Made by a program: the position numbers and the translations under genes. A stretch of 64,000 bases of DNA from Phaeosaccion multiseriatum (lineage: Eukaryota; Protista; Ochrophyta, other classes). Of this stretch, positions 1 through 22,676 are shown piece by piece (positions within the stretch are counted from its first letter, which is position 1; each line of letters begins with the position of its first letter). The stretch spans positions 2,728,001 to 2,792,000 of the forward strand of contig OZ218958.1 in NCBI GenBank assembly GCA_965112735.1, given 5' to 3'. The notes under the pieces were generated by a model, which saw nothing but the letters and a program-made list of their open reading frames with translations, was not told where the DNA came from and ran no database searches.

Positions 1-1867
1 CGTCTCCTTCTCCTCCTGCTCCTCCTCCTTCTCCTCCTCCTCCTCCTCCTTCTCCTCCTCCACCTCCTCCTCCTCCTCCTCCTCTCAAACGCAGACCCGC
101 ATCGAGCGCGGACATATCCACAACCCGCACGCCGCCGTTGGCATCATCCTCCTTCCCCTCCTCCTGCTCCTTCACCTCCTCCTCCTCATCATTATCATCA
201 TCATCGTCGTCGTCGCCAGAAATCGAGTAGAGCAGACGGCGCGCGCTGCCGGCCATGCCCTGCGTGTTGAGTCTCTTGAGGTTTCCCCCTACCGATGCCG
301 CACTGGCGGAGCTGTTGTCGAGCTCGTACCACGCGTCCGCAGAGAGAGACATTTGCGGGGAAGAGTGGAGGTGCTGCTGCTCGAGAGTGGCCTTCCTCTG
401 TATATGGGTGCACGCACGCACACACGCACACACACAGAGAGGCATATATGCACACGCACAGAGAGAGAGAGAGAAAGAGAAAGAGAGAGGGAGGGAGACG
501 CACACATGCGGACGTAATGGGATGGGATGAAGTCACAACGCAGAAACCAATTAGCAGCGTCGCACATTGGCACGCGTGTATACAAGGGAACGGCCCCCGA
601 ACCTTTCACCATCATCCTGCCTGCCTACGAGCTGATGTTCTGCTTCCTCCTCAAAACTGAAACTCAAACCCACCTTGCTGCTATCCCCTCCTCCCACGTA
701 GAAGGCTCTGTGATACTTGTACCATGTGGCTCTGAGGCGCGGAGGGAGGTGACACAGGCTATCCTCTCTGCCCTTAGTGGTCCAGCAAGAGCGGCACCAT
801 TGCGACACTGAGTTGCTCAGCATCGCACAGAATTGGACGAAGGGAACCTGTGAAGGAGAGAGGGGAAGAGGGGAGAGAGAGATGGGAGGGGGGGGGTGGA
901 GAGGGAGGGAGAGTAGAAGGGGGAGGGAGGGAGAGTACGGGGGGAAAGGGAGGGAGAGAGTGAGGAGGGGAGCAGGGAGAGCGAGAGAGGGAGGGGGGAT
1001 GGAGGGAGAGAGTGAAGAGGGGGCATGGACGGAGGGAGAGAGGGAGGGAGAGAGAGAAAGAGGAGGGTAGGGAGGGAGAGCGAGAGAGAGGGGGAGGGGG
1101 AAGGGTTGGAGTAGGGGGGGTACCCAGTGAGTGAGGTGATCGGGGGGGGGGCACGATGCGAGGCGTCATGTCATAGAAATCTTAATTGAGGTCTGCTCCC
1201 CCCCACTGGTACCGCACCCTCCCACACACACACGGACACACACGGACACACACACACGCACACAAGCACACACGCACACACACGTACGCACACATGCACA
1301 CAAACACACACACACACACACCCTCCCCCCCTTGCCCTCCTTACTTGGAGCACACTGGGCCTCATTGCGCCGTCATCGTTCGAGAGGCTCGCCTCCCAAG
1401 AGTAGCTCGCGTCGGCGATGGAGGTACCGTATTCGGCTGTGCATTCACAAATGGCAAGTAGGCAAGGTAGGCAAAGAGGCACCATGGGCGGTAGGCAGTC
1501 TTGAGTTTAGTTTGAGTTTGAGTGCGATATACAAGACCTCTTCTCTCCCCGCTCCTCCTGTACCCTATACCCCCCCCCCCACCCCTAATTCGTTTCTCCA
1601 GGTACCCTTTCCCCTCCCCCCTGCCCGCTCTCACCCGCTCTCTCCCGCTCCTGAATAAGCTCCTCCTCCTCTTGCGTGAGCAGGATGGAGCCGTGCCGGA
1701 TGCGGTGCCAGTATGTCTTGGCCGTGAGCACGGGTAAGTAGCGCCACACCATCTCCCAGTCTGCATCTCCGAGGAATCGATCGCCTTTCAGCATGTCCAC
1801 CTGAGAGTGGTATTGGCCGTGGGATGGCAGCCAGTGGTAGTGGTAGTGGTAGTGGTGGTGATGGTGG

Positions 1868-1934
<67 letters not shown>

Positions 1935-3549
1935 GGTGGTGGTGGTGGTGGGGATAAATGAAGAAAAGAACAGTGCATGCATTCGTCGTGTGTGTGTCAC
2001 TTCACACACACATGGACTACACAAAATCACCCTAGTCCTCACGTATACACCACCCACCCACCAACCACCCCGCCACACCCCCACCCACCCACTCACTCAG
2101 CCAACCCCACCAACCCAACCACACCCAATCACACCAACCAACCTGGTGCTCCAGTCGCAGCTCAATGGCGGAGCAGGCACGGATGAAGATCTCCGTCTGA
2201 GCGTTCGTGGACCGGTCCATCTTGAGGCGGTGGAGGAGGGGGCCCGTGAGTGTGCCGTTGATGCACAGGGTGAGGGCGGCAATGCCCGCCATGAAGAAGA
2301 GCACTTGGTTTCGAAACTCTTCAGAAATGTCCTCATCCTCAAACACAATCAGGGCCAGGGTGAGACCCACGGCGCCACGCAGGCCGGCAAAGGCCAGCAC
2401 CAGAAGCTGTCCTCGATCCATGCCGTAACCGCCGTTGATGAGGACGGGGGAGCACACAAGCACCGTGACGCCTCTCACCAGCTGCACCCCAAGGTAAATG
2501 ATAAAGAGGTAGCCCCACTCCCTCGCCGCAATGCCGGTGGCGAAGAGAGCACGATCTCCGATGATGAGTCCCGAGATGAAGAAGATGACAGTGTTGGCGA
2601 CGTACGAAGCCATGGACCAAAACGTTTGCATGGACTCCTCCACCCCGGGAGACACCCTTCCATTGGCATAGAGGCTCATGACGAGGCCGCTGGTCACGAC
2701 AGCCAGCACGCCAGAAACCTTCAGCCGCGTGGCCTCGGCGACAAGGAAAGCGCTGTAACACACAATGACGGTGAGGGTAATCTCGCTGAGGGCATCGTCT
2801 AAAATGTACCCCAGGCAGAAGCTGCCCGCCACGCCAACGAGGAAACCCACGCAGGGCCCACCGAGAGACAGCCGGGCAGCTGTCTCCAGTACCGTCAGGG
2901 GCTTGTTGTCCGACAGCCCCAGGAGGGCGTCTCGAAAGACTGTAAAGACGACAATGGCGGTACCGTCGTTGAGCAGGCTCTCGCCCTCGATCAGCACCGC
3001 GAGGCGCTCGCTCACCCCTAGGTCCTTGAGCAGAGCAACCACCGCCACCGGGTCCGTGGCGCTGAGCATGGCGCCAAAGAGGATGGCCAGATTCCAGTGC
3101 CAGTTCAGGTCAGGCAGCACGTAGATCATGATGCACGCAGTGAGGATGGTGGAGATGATCATCCCGGGCACGGCGAGGACCAGCACCTGCCACAGTTCCC
3201 GCTGAAAGATGTGCACATCGGTGTTGAAGCCGGACTCAAAGATGAGGATGGGCAGGAACACAAAGAGGATGATCTCCGGGTCGATGTTGATCCACCCCTC
3301 CAAAGAGTCCCCGAAGATACCCAGCCCATGGGCGTGTACGTTCACCTCGTGGACGAGCACCCCAAAGGCAATGCCCAGCAACAGGAGGATGACGGTGTAG
3401 GGCAACTTGAAGAAGTGGGTGAGGTACACCCGCGAGAGAATGCCCAGCGCCAGGGCGAAGGTCAGCGTACCGATTCCGAAGTCTTCAATTTCGTGACCAC
3501 CCCCCTCCCCTCCCTCCCCCCCCCCCTCCGCGGACAAGGGCTCGATCAT
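1..3549 (-). CDS. CPA1-family Na+/H+ exchanger (SOS1/NHX7/SLC9C-like), spliced, 3' part continues beyond left edge
   Basis: Large exon 3549-2143 encodes many hydrophobic helices with the CPA1 motifs FLPILIFESG, GAMLSATDPVAVVALLK, IEGESLLNDGTAIV and GLRGAVGLTLAL. GT donor at 2142; next exon starts at 1800 (ctctcag|VDMLKGDRFLGDADWEMVWRYLP). Further exons lie toward position 1. The true start may be in an upstream exon. Confidence 0.9.
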
Positions 3550-3960
3550 GCGAGTTATCCCTGCCTACCAAAAGAACATCAACCACCCACTGGTCCTGCT
3601 GGGCATGAGCCCCACGGTTGTGCTGCTTAGGGAGGCAGTGCCGCCGACGTGCCGAAAGCCAAAATTTGCGGGGGTGATTTGCCCCAATCTTCTTTCTTTC
3701 GGCCCCCACAGACCTAGACTCTCTGCACAGCAGCCACACGAGCGGCAGTCTCCCAAAAAGTAAAGAGCTCAGCCGTAAGGAGACATCTCTGTTGCACTAC
3801 AACGTAAAATCACTTGGGGAGCCACATTTGCTGAGCCCAGGATGGCGACGATGGCAGCGGATGGACAATTTGCATTTTAGAACACACGCAAGTGTGTAAC
3901 TGTGATCTCTAAAAAAAGGTCAGATGATGGCTTTGTGACGGCTCGCACGCCTCAAGGAGG

Positions 3961-9761
<5,801 letters not shown>

Positions 9762-11003
9762 CCGCCTCCCACAGATCACAGGGAAGGACATGTTTTGGCC
9801 GCCTGGTAGGCCTTGATATGGCAGCAGGGAACCAGCCAGGCCATCCCCTCATGGCCACTTACGCCTCCTTGCATAGCTAGGTGGTATCCAAAGCCGTACG
9901 TGGCCTGAAAGAAGGAGTCGAGGAGAGCGCACTTACTCCTTGGGTTAGTTGACGGGCCGCTGGTCCGTTACTGTGGTCCGCCTCACTCACCCAGCCGGCC
10001 GCTGACCATCGCTCGACCATGCTCGAGCGCGGAGCTTCACTCTACGTCGAAGTTTTGGCTGGGCCTAGGACGTGTCGATCTCGATCCGACGTAGGCCTTC
10101 GCTCGTCTCCTCCCCCTGCTTCTCTCTGCCAGCGGGAGAGGGACAAGGGAATACGAAGCAAAGAGTGGTAAGAGCGGATGGCAGCTCATGGTAGGCTGGG
10201 GAGCAAGTCCAAGGAAGAGTTATGCCGCCGGGCAAGCAAGCTCGAGGGTCCTGCTGGGGGGGAAGGAGTCGTTCAGAGTGACATGTTCAACATGTGTGGC
10301 AGCAAGGCCGAGAGCTCATGCAAAGGAAGGTGCCGCCGGGACTGTACCTGGGTGGGGTGGGAGGCTGGGCAGGAGGGGCAACCATCGGAATACGAAACCG
10401 CCAACCGAGGAATGTTGGTGCAAAGTCTTCTTGTCGTTCTGTTGCCTCGGCGTTGGAGCAACCATGATGAGCGAGGCTCTCATGTTCGAGAGTGAGAGCG
10501 GAGCGGAACAGCCGTCCTCTGTCTGGGCCTGTCGGGGAACGATGCAGGGGAGGGGGCGTCAGAAGAGGGGAGGTCCGAGGGAGGGAGAAGAGCGGCGTCT
10601 GCAGCAATCAAGTAACGAACCAAGGGCCACGTCCTGACCAGGCTTCACCGTCTCGTCAGATGCAAAAATGCAGCCACCAAATGTGGCTCTCGGAGCAAGA
10701 GCGCGCCTTCCTGGGACGGCTCAACCGCGGCGCCGGACCAGCACTCCCTCTCCCCGACCAAGAGAAGAAAGCCTCTCTCTCCCCGCTCCCCCCCCTTTCA
10801 GTTTCTTAGGTGACTACTAAGTCAATAAATAACGCTCCTTCCGCGCCCCGCCCCCCTGTTTCACTGCCGCGGATACTCGCCTGCATATCCTCCATTTGGG
10901 AAAGTGTAGAAGAAGCAGAGGTGGGGGAGGAAGAGGAAGAGGCGAAGGAAAATACGAAAATACGATTCAAAATCAAATAATAGTGCGGCAAGCGGAAGTT
11001 CGG

Positions 11004-11129
11004 CCCCTGATGCACTATCGCCCACATTCTCGATAGCGCGCTATCGCTATCGGCCGGCCCAGCCGGCGATAGCGGATAACAACGGATAAGGAAAGGAACA
11101 ACCGATAACAGTGGATAGTGCATCAGGGG
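11004..11129. mobile_element. Small MITE-like inverted-repeat element (126 bp)
   Basis: Perfect 16-bp TIR cccctgatgcactatc (11004-11019) / gatagtgcatcagggg (11114-11129). Internal palindrome cgatagcgcgctatcg and repeated GATAG/GATAA motifs. No clear TSD. Confidence 0.55.
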
Positions 11130-11292
11130 TGGAGGAGTGATGAAGGGACGAGAAGTGTGAGCCATCGACGATTCTAGCACCAACACGTCAACCTTTTGAA
11201 ATGTTTTCTATACTTCATTCTGCCCTCGACCCCTTTTTCATTTTTCCTCCCTCCATCGCATCGCAGTGACACACTGGAAGGAGGAAAGAAGA

Positions 11293-13179
11293 ATGGAGGG
11301 CTCCACACCGAAGGGAGGTGCGAGGGGGGGGGGGGGCGTGATGGAAGAAAGTCATCAAAAGGCCGGTGGAGCGGGGGGGGGGTTGCCGGAGCGCACCAGT
11401 CTCAGCAACAGCGGGCTGATGGCATTGAGGATAGTTGCCGGCCGTGTTTCGATCAAGGCTCTGTGGGGCGTATGCAAGGAGGTGGACAAGGTGACCTCCC
11501 GCGCATTGGTGATCAACGCCGGCATGCCCCAAGCTGTCCAGTCGCGTGTGCTGAGCATGCTGAAGCAGCAGCAACAGCGGGAGCGCGAGGAGACTCAACG
11601 CCTTGCTGCGGCTTCCTCTCCTCCTCCCGCCTCCATGCGGGGAAGACATGCCTTGGAAGGACTTCGAAGGTCGGGGAGGATAAGGGCGAGGCAGCCGGAC
11701 CATGGTATGGCGGGCTCCTTCCGCGTTAGGGCGGTGCGCCTCGGCATCCAACGTCAAGGCGCTGACGAGCTGACTCCTGCTGATGGGGCTCTTGCTCTCA
11801 AAGCGTTGGCACTGTTGCCACTCTTGGTCAAGCGTGTGGGGTTTTCGAAGTTCTTCAATGCTTGCGACGTTGTTGTACCGAGCGCCGTGGAGGAGGTGGA
11901 GTTTGCACGGCACTCAAGGTTTAACCGGCCAATCGTTCTCCCTTCCTCGCTGAAGAAGATCACTTTTGGAGACCACTTCAATCAGGCTGATTTGGTGCTA
12001 CCAAGCTCTCTGGAGGAGCTGAAGTTTTCAATTGCCTCAGAGTTCAACAGGCCAATCGTCCTCCCTTCCTCGCTGAAGAAGGTCACTTTTGGAAACTGCT
12101 TCAATCAGGCTGATTTGGTGCTACCAAGCTCTCTGGAGGAGCTGGAGTTTTCAGAGTACTCACGGTTCAACAGGCCAATCATTCTCCCTTCCTCGCTGAA
12201 GAAGGTCACTTTTGGAAAACGCTTCATTCAGGCTGATTTGATGTTACCAAGCTCTCTGGAGGAGCTGACGTTTTCAGAAGTCTCATTCTTCAACAGACCA
12301 ATCGTTCTCCCTTCCTCGCTGAAGAAGGTCACTTTTGGAAATTCCTTCAATCAGGCTGATTTGGTGCTACCAAGCTCTCTGGAGGTGCTCAAGTTTACAC
12401 GGCACTCAAGGTTCAACAGGCCAATCACTCTCCCTTCCTCCCTGAAGGTCACTTTTGGAAGAGACTTCGATCAGGCTGATTTGGGGCTACCAAGCTCTCT
12501 GGAGGAGCTGGAGTTTGCATGGAACTCAAACTTCAACAGGCCAATCGTTCTCCCTTCCTCGCTGAAGAAGGTCACTTTTGGAAGAGGCTTCGATCAGGGT
12601 GATTTGATGTTACCAAGCTCTCTGGAGGTGTTGGAATTTTCAGTGGACTCAAGGTTTAACAGGCCAATCGTTCTCCCCCCCTCGCTGAAGAAGGTCAGAT
12701 TCGGAGAACATTTCGATCAGGCTGATTTGGTGCTACCAAGCTCTCTGCAGGAGTTGGAATTTACATCGCACTCAAAGTTCAGCAGGCCAATCGATCTCCC
12801 TTCCTCGCTGAAGAAGGTCAGTTTTGGAGAATGGTTCAATCAGGCTGATTTGGTGTTACCAAGCTCTCTGGAGGAGTTGGAGTTTTCATGGATCTCAAGG
12901 TTCAACAGGCCAATCGATCTCCCTTTCTCGATCAAGAAGGTCACTTTTGGAGATAGATTCAATCAGCCTGTGGTCCTTCCCAATGGTGTGGAGGAGGTGC
13001 TCATGGGGTGGGACTTTAACCGCCCCCTGGACCTCCCTCCCTCTCTGCGGACTCTTGTGCTGCGCTGTGGGTACTCCTGCCCTCTGGAGAGGGTGCCTGC
13101 CAGCCTGAGGAAGCTTACGGTTGGGAGGAGCTACCCCCTGCCCGCAGATCTACCCAAGGGTCTTCGAGTCATCTATTAG
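11293..13179 (+). CDS. FNIP-repeat (LRR-like) protein with a possible divergent F-box-like N-terminal motif; single exon
   Basis: Uninterrupted ORF. Nine 41-aa units (LEELxFxxxSxFNRPIVLPSS-LKKVTFGxxFNQADLVLPSS) match the FNIP FNQP..LP.SL..L.FG pattern. N-terminal LRIVAGRVSIKALWGVCKEV resembles an F-box core (weak). Confidence 0.85.
   Translation: MEGSTPKGGARGGGGVMEESHQKAGGAGGGLPERTSLSNSGLMALRIVAGRVSIKALWGVCKEVDKVTSRALVINAGMPQAVQSRVLSMLKQQQQREREETQRLAAASSPPPASMRGRHALEGLRRSGRIRARQPDHGMAGSFRVRAVRLGIQRQGADELTPADGALALKALALLPLLVKRVGFSKFFNACDVVVPSAVEEVEFARHSRFNRPIVLPSSLKKITFGDHFNQADLVLPSSLEELKFSIASEFNRPIVLPSSLKKVTFGNCFNQADLVLPSSLEELEFSEYSRFNRPIILPSSLKKVTFGKRFIQADLMLPSSLEELTFSEVSFFNRPIVLPSSLKKVTFGNSFNQADLVLPSSLEVLKFTRHSRFNRPITLPSSLKVTFGRDFDQADLGLPSSLEELEFAWNSNFNRPIVLPSSLKKVTFGRGFDQGDLMLPSSLEVLEFSVDSRFNRPIVLPPSLKKVRFGEHFDQADLVLPSSLQELEFTSHSKFSRPIDLPSSLKKVSFGEWFNQADLVLPSSLEELEFSWISRFNRPIDLPFSIKKVTFGDRFNQPVVLPNGVEEVLMGWDFNRPLDLPPSLRTLVLRCGYSCPLERVPASLRKLTVGRSYPLPADLPKGLRVIY
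11878..12985 (+). repeat. Coding tandem array, 9 x 123 bp (one unit 120 bp)
   Basis: The ccaagctct anchor recurs at 12001, 12124, 12247, 12370, 12490, 12613, 12736 and 12859. Confidence 0.95.
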
Positions 13180-13193
13180 GATTATTGATAGTG

Positions 13194-13413
13194 GGTGGAG
13201 AGTAGGAATGGATGTGGCAAGAAGATGAGCTTGAGCAGCAGGAGGAAGACGATCTGAATGGCGCCAAAGCTGCCCAGCACCAGCACCACCGCGCTCTCAC
13301 TGTTCGTCTCCATCACACACGACGGCGGTGACACCGCTTTGCAAAAAGGAAGACACAGACGGGAGGGAAAACCGGCGGTGTGAAAAAAAGAAGTAGGAGG
13401 ACCGACGGGATGA
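13194..13413 (+). repeat. Dispersed ~220-bp repeat, copy 1 (3' of FNIP gene)
   Basis: Aligns with 21563-21790 through the shared blocks ggtggagagta, gatgagcttgagcagcag, ctgttcgtctccatcac and taggagg.ccg.cgggatgaa. Confidence 0.8.
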
Positions 13414-14027
13414 ATGAATGAATGAACACCTTAGTTGGGAGGTTGTGCAAGTCAGACCAGGACGGTACGGCTTATTAATTTTGAATTTTCATTAAAATTT
13501 GAGTACATTTGTTCCAAAAAGGCAAAGCAGAAGCGCGGTGGGGTCATCCGTCCTCTCTCACTTAGTCCCTCACGCATTCACTCGTGGAGCAGCCAAGGGT
13601 TCTGTAGCTGCGCCTTCTCTTTGTCCTTCTTTAACGGCCCTGTTCTCTTCTGCGACACCCCCTTGGGGACTCCCGGGCAAGAGTCGTTAAGTAGCGCCAT
13701 TCCTTTAGACAAAGAGGGCGACTTGTCCCCCCCTTCTGGTCCTCGGCCGGGTGCCCAATCAACCCCAACCTCAGGGGGGAAGGAAGGGTGCCTGCCCTTT
13801 CTTGCTACATGTAATGACGACGCCCGAGGTGTACTGTGGTGCTCCGATCGGTAAAGCGCTCTCCTCGACGGGCAGCACCCTCCTCCTCTTCCCCCTCCTC
13901 CTTGCCCCTACGTTCTACTGCTGCTAGGTAGTGGAACAGTTTGTAGGTGTATGGGTCAGCACTTCGACATTGCGAGCCGATGACGCCTACTTGGGGTTTG
14001 GAGGGCTCTATCTCTCTCTCTCTCTGC

Positions 14028-19463
<5,436 letters not shown>

Positions 19464-20919
19464 AGCGTGGAAGCGTCAACCGTCGCCAACTACCGAGGGC
19501 AAAACCCTCTCCCTGTTAAGCTTTGGCGGAGCCGACGGTCGCTACTACTGTCTACCGTCGACTCTACTGGCGCTCCAACCACCACCACCAGCAGACAAGC
19601 CGCAGTATCCACAACAGCAGAGCAACTCCGCAGCTCACGCCGCAATCTCACCACCCCCCCCCCCCTCGTTCGTAGAGGAAGAAGGATCCCCACACCGTAG
19701 GGAGCCCCCGGCAAGTGGCGGCAGTACGAAGGCGTGAGTATGTGCCTGACAAGCTTCTGCGGAGGGCTCCTGGCTCGTTTTGTCTGCTTCTAATAGCTCG
19801 GCGGTGGCGGGGTTGAAATCCTCTCCTCGAAAAAACACTCCCTGCTGCCCCGCTCCAGCTTATATAGGGCCTTCCGCGACTCCCAGATGACCTCGCCCTT
19901 CTCCTTACAGCGGGTTATCAAGCAGAGCTGTCCTCTAAGCGCTCCTTTCCAAGGCCTGGACGCCTGGACGCTCGCAGTGGTTCCGCGCCGGCATAGTGAA
20001 CATGGTTGCCATTTGTGAAGCCCGCTGGATGTAGACCTCGGGCACATTGGACAAGGGTGTAATACAGCTTGTGATAAACAAACAACAACACAGTGGGGAC
20101 GCTGTAATCAGATGCACCCTCGCGTACGGGACTTGTATAAGCGGCTTTTGCTTGTTGGTTGCGCGTATCCTGGGGGGAAGGAGTACGTGAGGGCGAGGGC
20201 CAAGCGCGGCATCAGAGCCAACGCGCTCATCACAGGCGAGCGGAGAATTCTCAAGGCCGTGGCGAGGGGGCGGAAAGGTGCGAGTGTCCCGCCCCTTTGC
20301 ATCCGTTTCTTTCTCTGATTTTCTCTCCCTTTGCACGCCTCTCTCCACCCCCATCTCTTTCTCTGTTTCTCCCTCGCCCCCTTCCCTCTCTTCCCTTCTC
20401 GCTGTCCAGTGTAAGAGTCTCCCCTCCCTGTGGGATTTTCCCTCGCCCTAACGTAGGCCTCTATTCCCATCTCTAACCTTCTCTCTCTCTCCATCTTTTA
20501 TTGTACCCACTTCAACACTTTCCCCATTGATGATGCCTCCTCTGTAGTGGTGCGGGATGTTGCCGCCTTCAATCAGTTTCACAAGTACCGTCAGATGAAC
20601 AAACGATATGGGGAGACAAGCGCATCACGAGAAGCCGTACCCGCAGAAGGAAGAGGAAGAGGAGGAGCAGCCGACAGAGGAGAAGGAGGAAAACGCGTGG
20701 CGGAGAAGTAGGCCCTGTTAGGCCCTCTGGAGGAGCGACATGCGCTGATGAGAGTGGTAGAGAGTATGGTGGAAGGGAAAGGGGCGGGGGGCGACAATGA
20801 AGGGCACCCCCCTCCCCATTCAGCCGCGGAAGGGAGGGCGGTGGATAGGGCCACGTCCTGATCGATTCTCAGCAGCGACCTACTCCCCCTTCCCGCAGCT
20901 TCCGACAGAGAGTTCTGAG

Positions 20920-21790
20920 CTTTGCGGGGGCCGTGAGGTATGCGCAAGGATGTCGAGTCGAGGTTGCTTTTGGTGATCAACACCAACGCTTCCCGACGTT
21001 ATCCACTCGCGTGTGCAGTCGCGTGTGCTGGTTGGGTGCATTGAGGCTTTGAGGCACGGAGCCGCAGGACGGCAGCGGTGAGCAGGTGGACATTTAACCA
21101 AGGCCTGGCGGCCTCCTCTACTTCCGTTAGACCAAGCTCTCCGGATCTGGAGGATGTGGGGCTTCTACCTTTTTCGGAGCTCAACGTGCAAATAGTTCAG
21201 GCTTCAGCGTAGCGTTTGGGCAACGTAAGTGGTGCCCTCTGGGCTGATTTTTGCCAACCAGCGCTCTCTCTCTGCAAGAGCTGTGGGGGCTGTGCCTCTG
21301 TCAACGACCACCAGATCATTCGGTGTGCCTTCCTTGCTGAAGAGGGCGACTTTCCCCGGTGGAGGTGGTTGGCAGTGCGCATGGGGTATAGCTTTTAATC
21401 TCCCCAGTGGAGCTGCCTGCTTCTTTGCGGGCTCTTGCACTGAGCTCTTGGTACTCGTGCCCTGTGGAGCACCCACCTGCTGACCAGGGGAAGCTTTGGA
21501 TCCGGAGGAGCCGCTTGTTGCCTGCAGATCTGCGAGGGGCCTCAGGTGGCCTCTCCTCCTTAGGTGGAGAGTACCGCCATGTGTCAAGGAGATGAGCTTG
21601 AGCAGCAGCATCCAGACCATCTGAGACGCCAAAGCAGCGGCCCAGCATCAGCACCGCCGCTTTGTCGCTGTTCGTCTCCATCACTCACGATGGGGGCGAC
21701 AGCGCGTGGCAGGAAGGAGGCAAGGTAGACAGAGAGAGCACCACACAGAACCGTCGGAGGAACGAGACATAGGAGGGCCGCCGGGATGAA
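20920..21790 (+). pseudogene. Decayed relative of the FNIP gene (N-terminal remnant plus shared 3' element, no repeat array)
   Basis: ttggtgatcaac and cagtcgcgtgtgctg are shared with 11506-11553. Weaker match of ~21100 to ~11700. 21563-21790 matches 13194-13413. No open frame. Confidence 0.6.
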
Positions 21791-22676
21791 AACCTCGGGG
21801 GGGGGGGAAGAGAGGCGGGGAGGACAATGCAGAGCAGCACGGGAGGGGCACCATGGGTGGACGCTCGTGCGCGGCAGTAGGCAGCTAGAGTCATGTTAAT
21901 GAATACACGCTCAATTGCCCACTCAGTCACTCCCGTCGTGGAGCAAAGTCTTGTGGGCCCTCCTCTTTCGCTGATCTCCTCCGCGTTTCCTTGTTTGGCA
22001 GCTGTCCCCAGCGGTCGAGCACGTCCCTGGGAAAGTCTCTCTCTGCTCACCTCGCAGACCTCAGCGGTACAACTGGCCTGCTCAACAGCAAGAGGGAAAA
22101 AAAACATGGCCCAGGCGCAGGCAATACGCAGGGGAAAGTGCAACGCATGTAACAAAACAACAAACGCACGTACTTTTTCTCTTCTCCCTCTCTTTTCTCC
22201 ATCACCCCTCCTCTTCCACTGCTCCATAAGCAAAAACTGACGAGAAGGGGGGGCACTACTCACTGCACCGCGAGAAAGAGGCCTTTGGCTTCCTCAGTCA
22301 GAGGAAGGCTGGTTCAAAGGGAGATAACAGGGAGAGGATATGTGGTCCTGGATACCGGAGACTTGGAGACAGCTTGAGCTACTGTCCGAGCCGAGTATGT
22401 CACTCGAGGTAAGAACACCCGCAGCTGACAGGTGGGCGAGAGGAGTGCAGCTCTAGATGGGATGAGTTTCGAGCCTAAGCGGGGGTGGTAAAAGCGGATC
22501 TGAGGAGTCTTCTTCCTCGTGTTTTCCGGTGAAGGTTTCCCACGCTCTTCAAGCCCCAGACGGATTGTTTGCGATGAAGCCAGGGCCTGTCGGCTGCTAT
22601 CTTACACTTGGGGCGGGATGATTAACTCCGGCCTCACTTTCATATCTTACAACAGGCGCGCCTTCTCCTCGCCCTC

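Noticed and set aside
1807-3630. Plus-strand ORFs of 331 and 177 aa
   Set aside because: Antisense shadows of the GC-rich antiporter exon.
3565-3756. ORF in frame with the antiporter, separated by one TAG (possible readthrough)
   Set aside because: The TAG follows a pyrimidine run and looks like a splice acceptor or UTR. There is no evidence for recoding.
9940-10800. Short ORFs and weak stems (cccagcc/ggctggg) after the Cys-rich gene
   Set aside because: No recognisable domain or RNA family, and the stems are too short to be significant.
11878-12985. CRISPR-like array or prokaryotic DGR variable region
   Set aside because: The repeats are in-frame coding units with no spacers. The NNC pattern resembles DGR output, but no template repeat or DGR reverse transcriptase is visible, and positive selection gives the same pattern.
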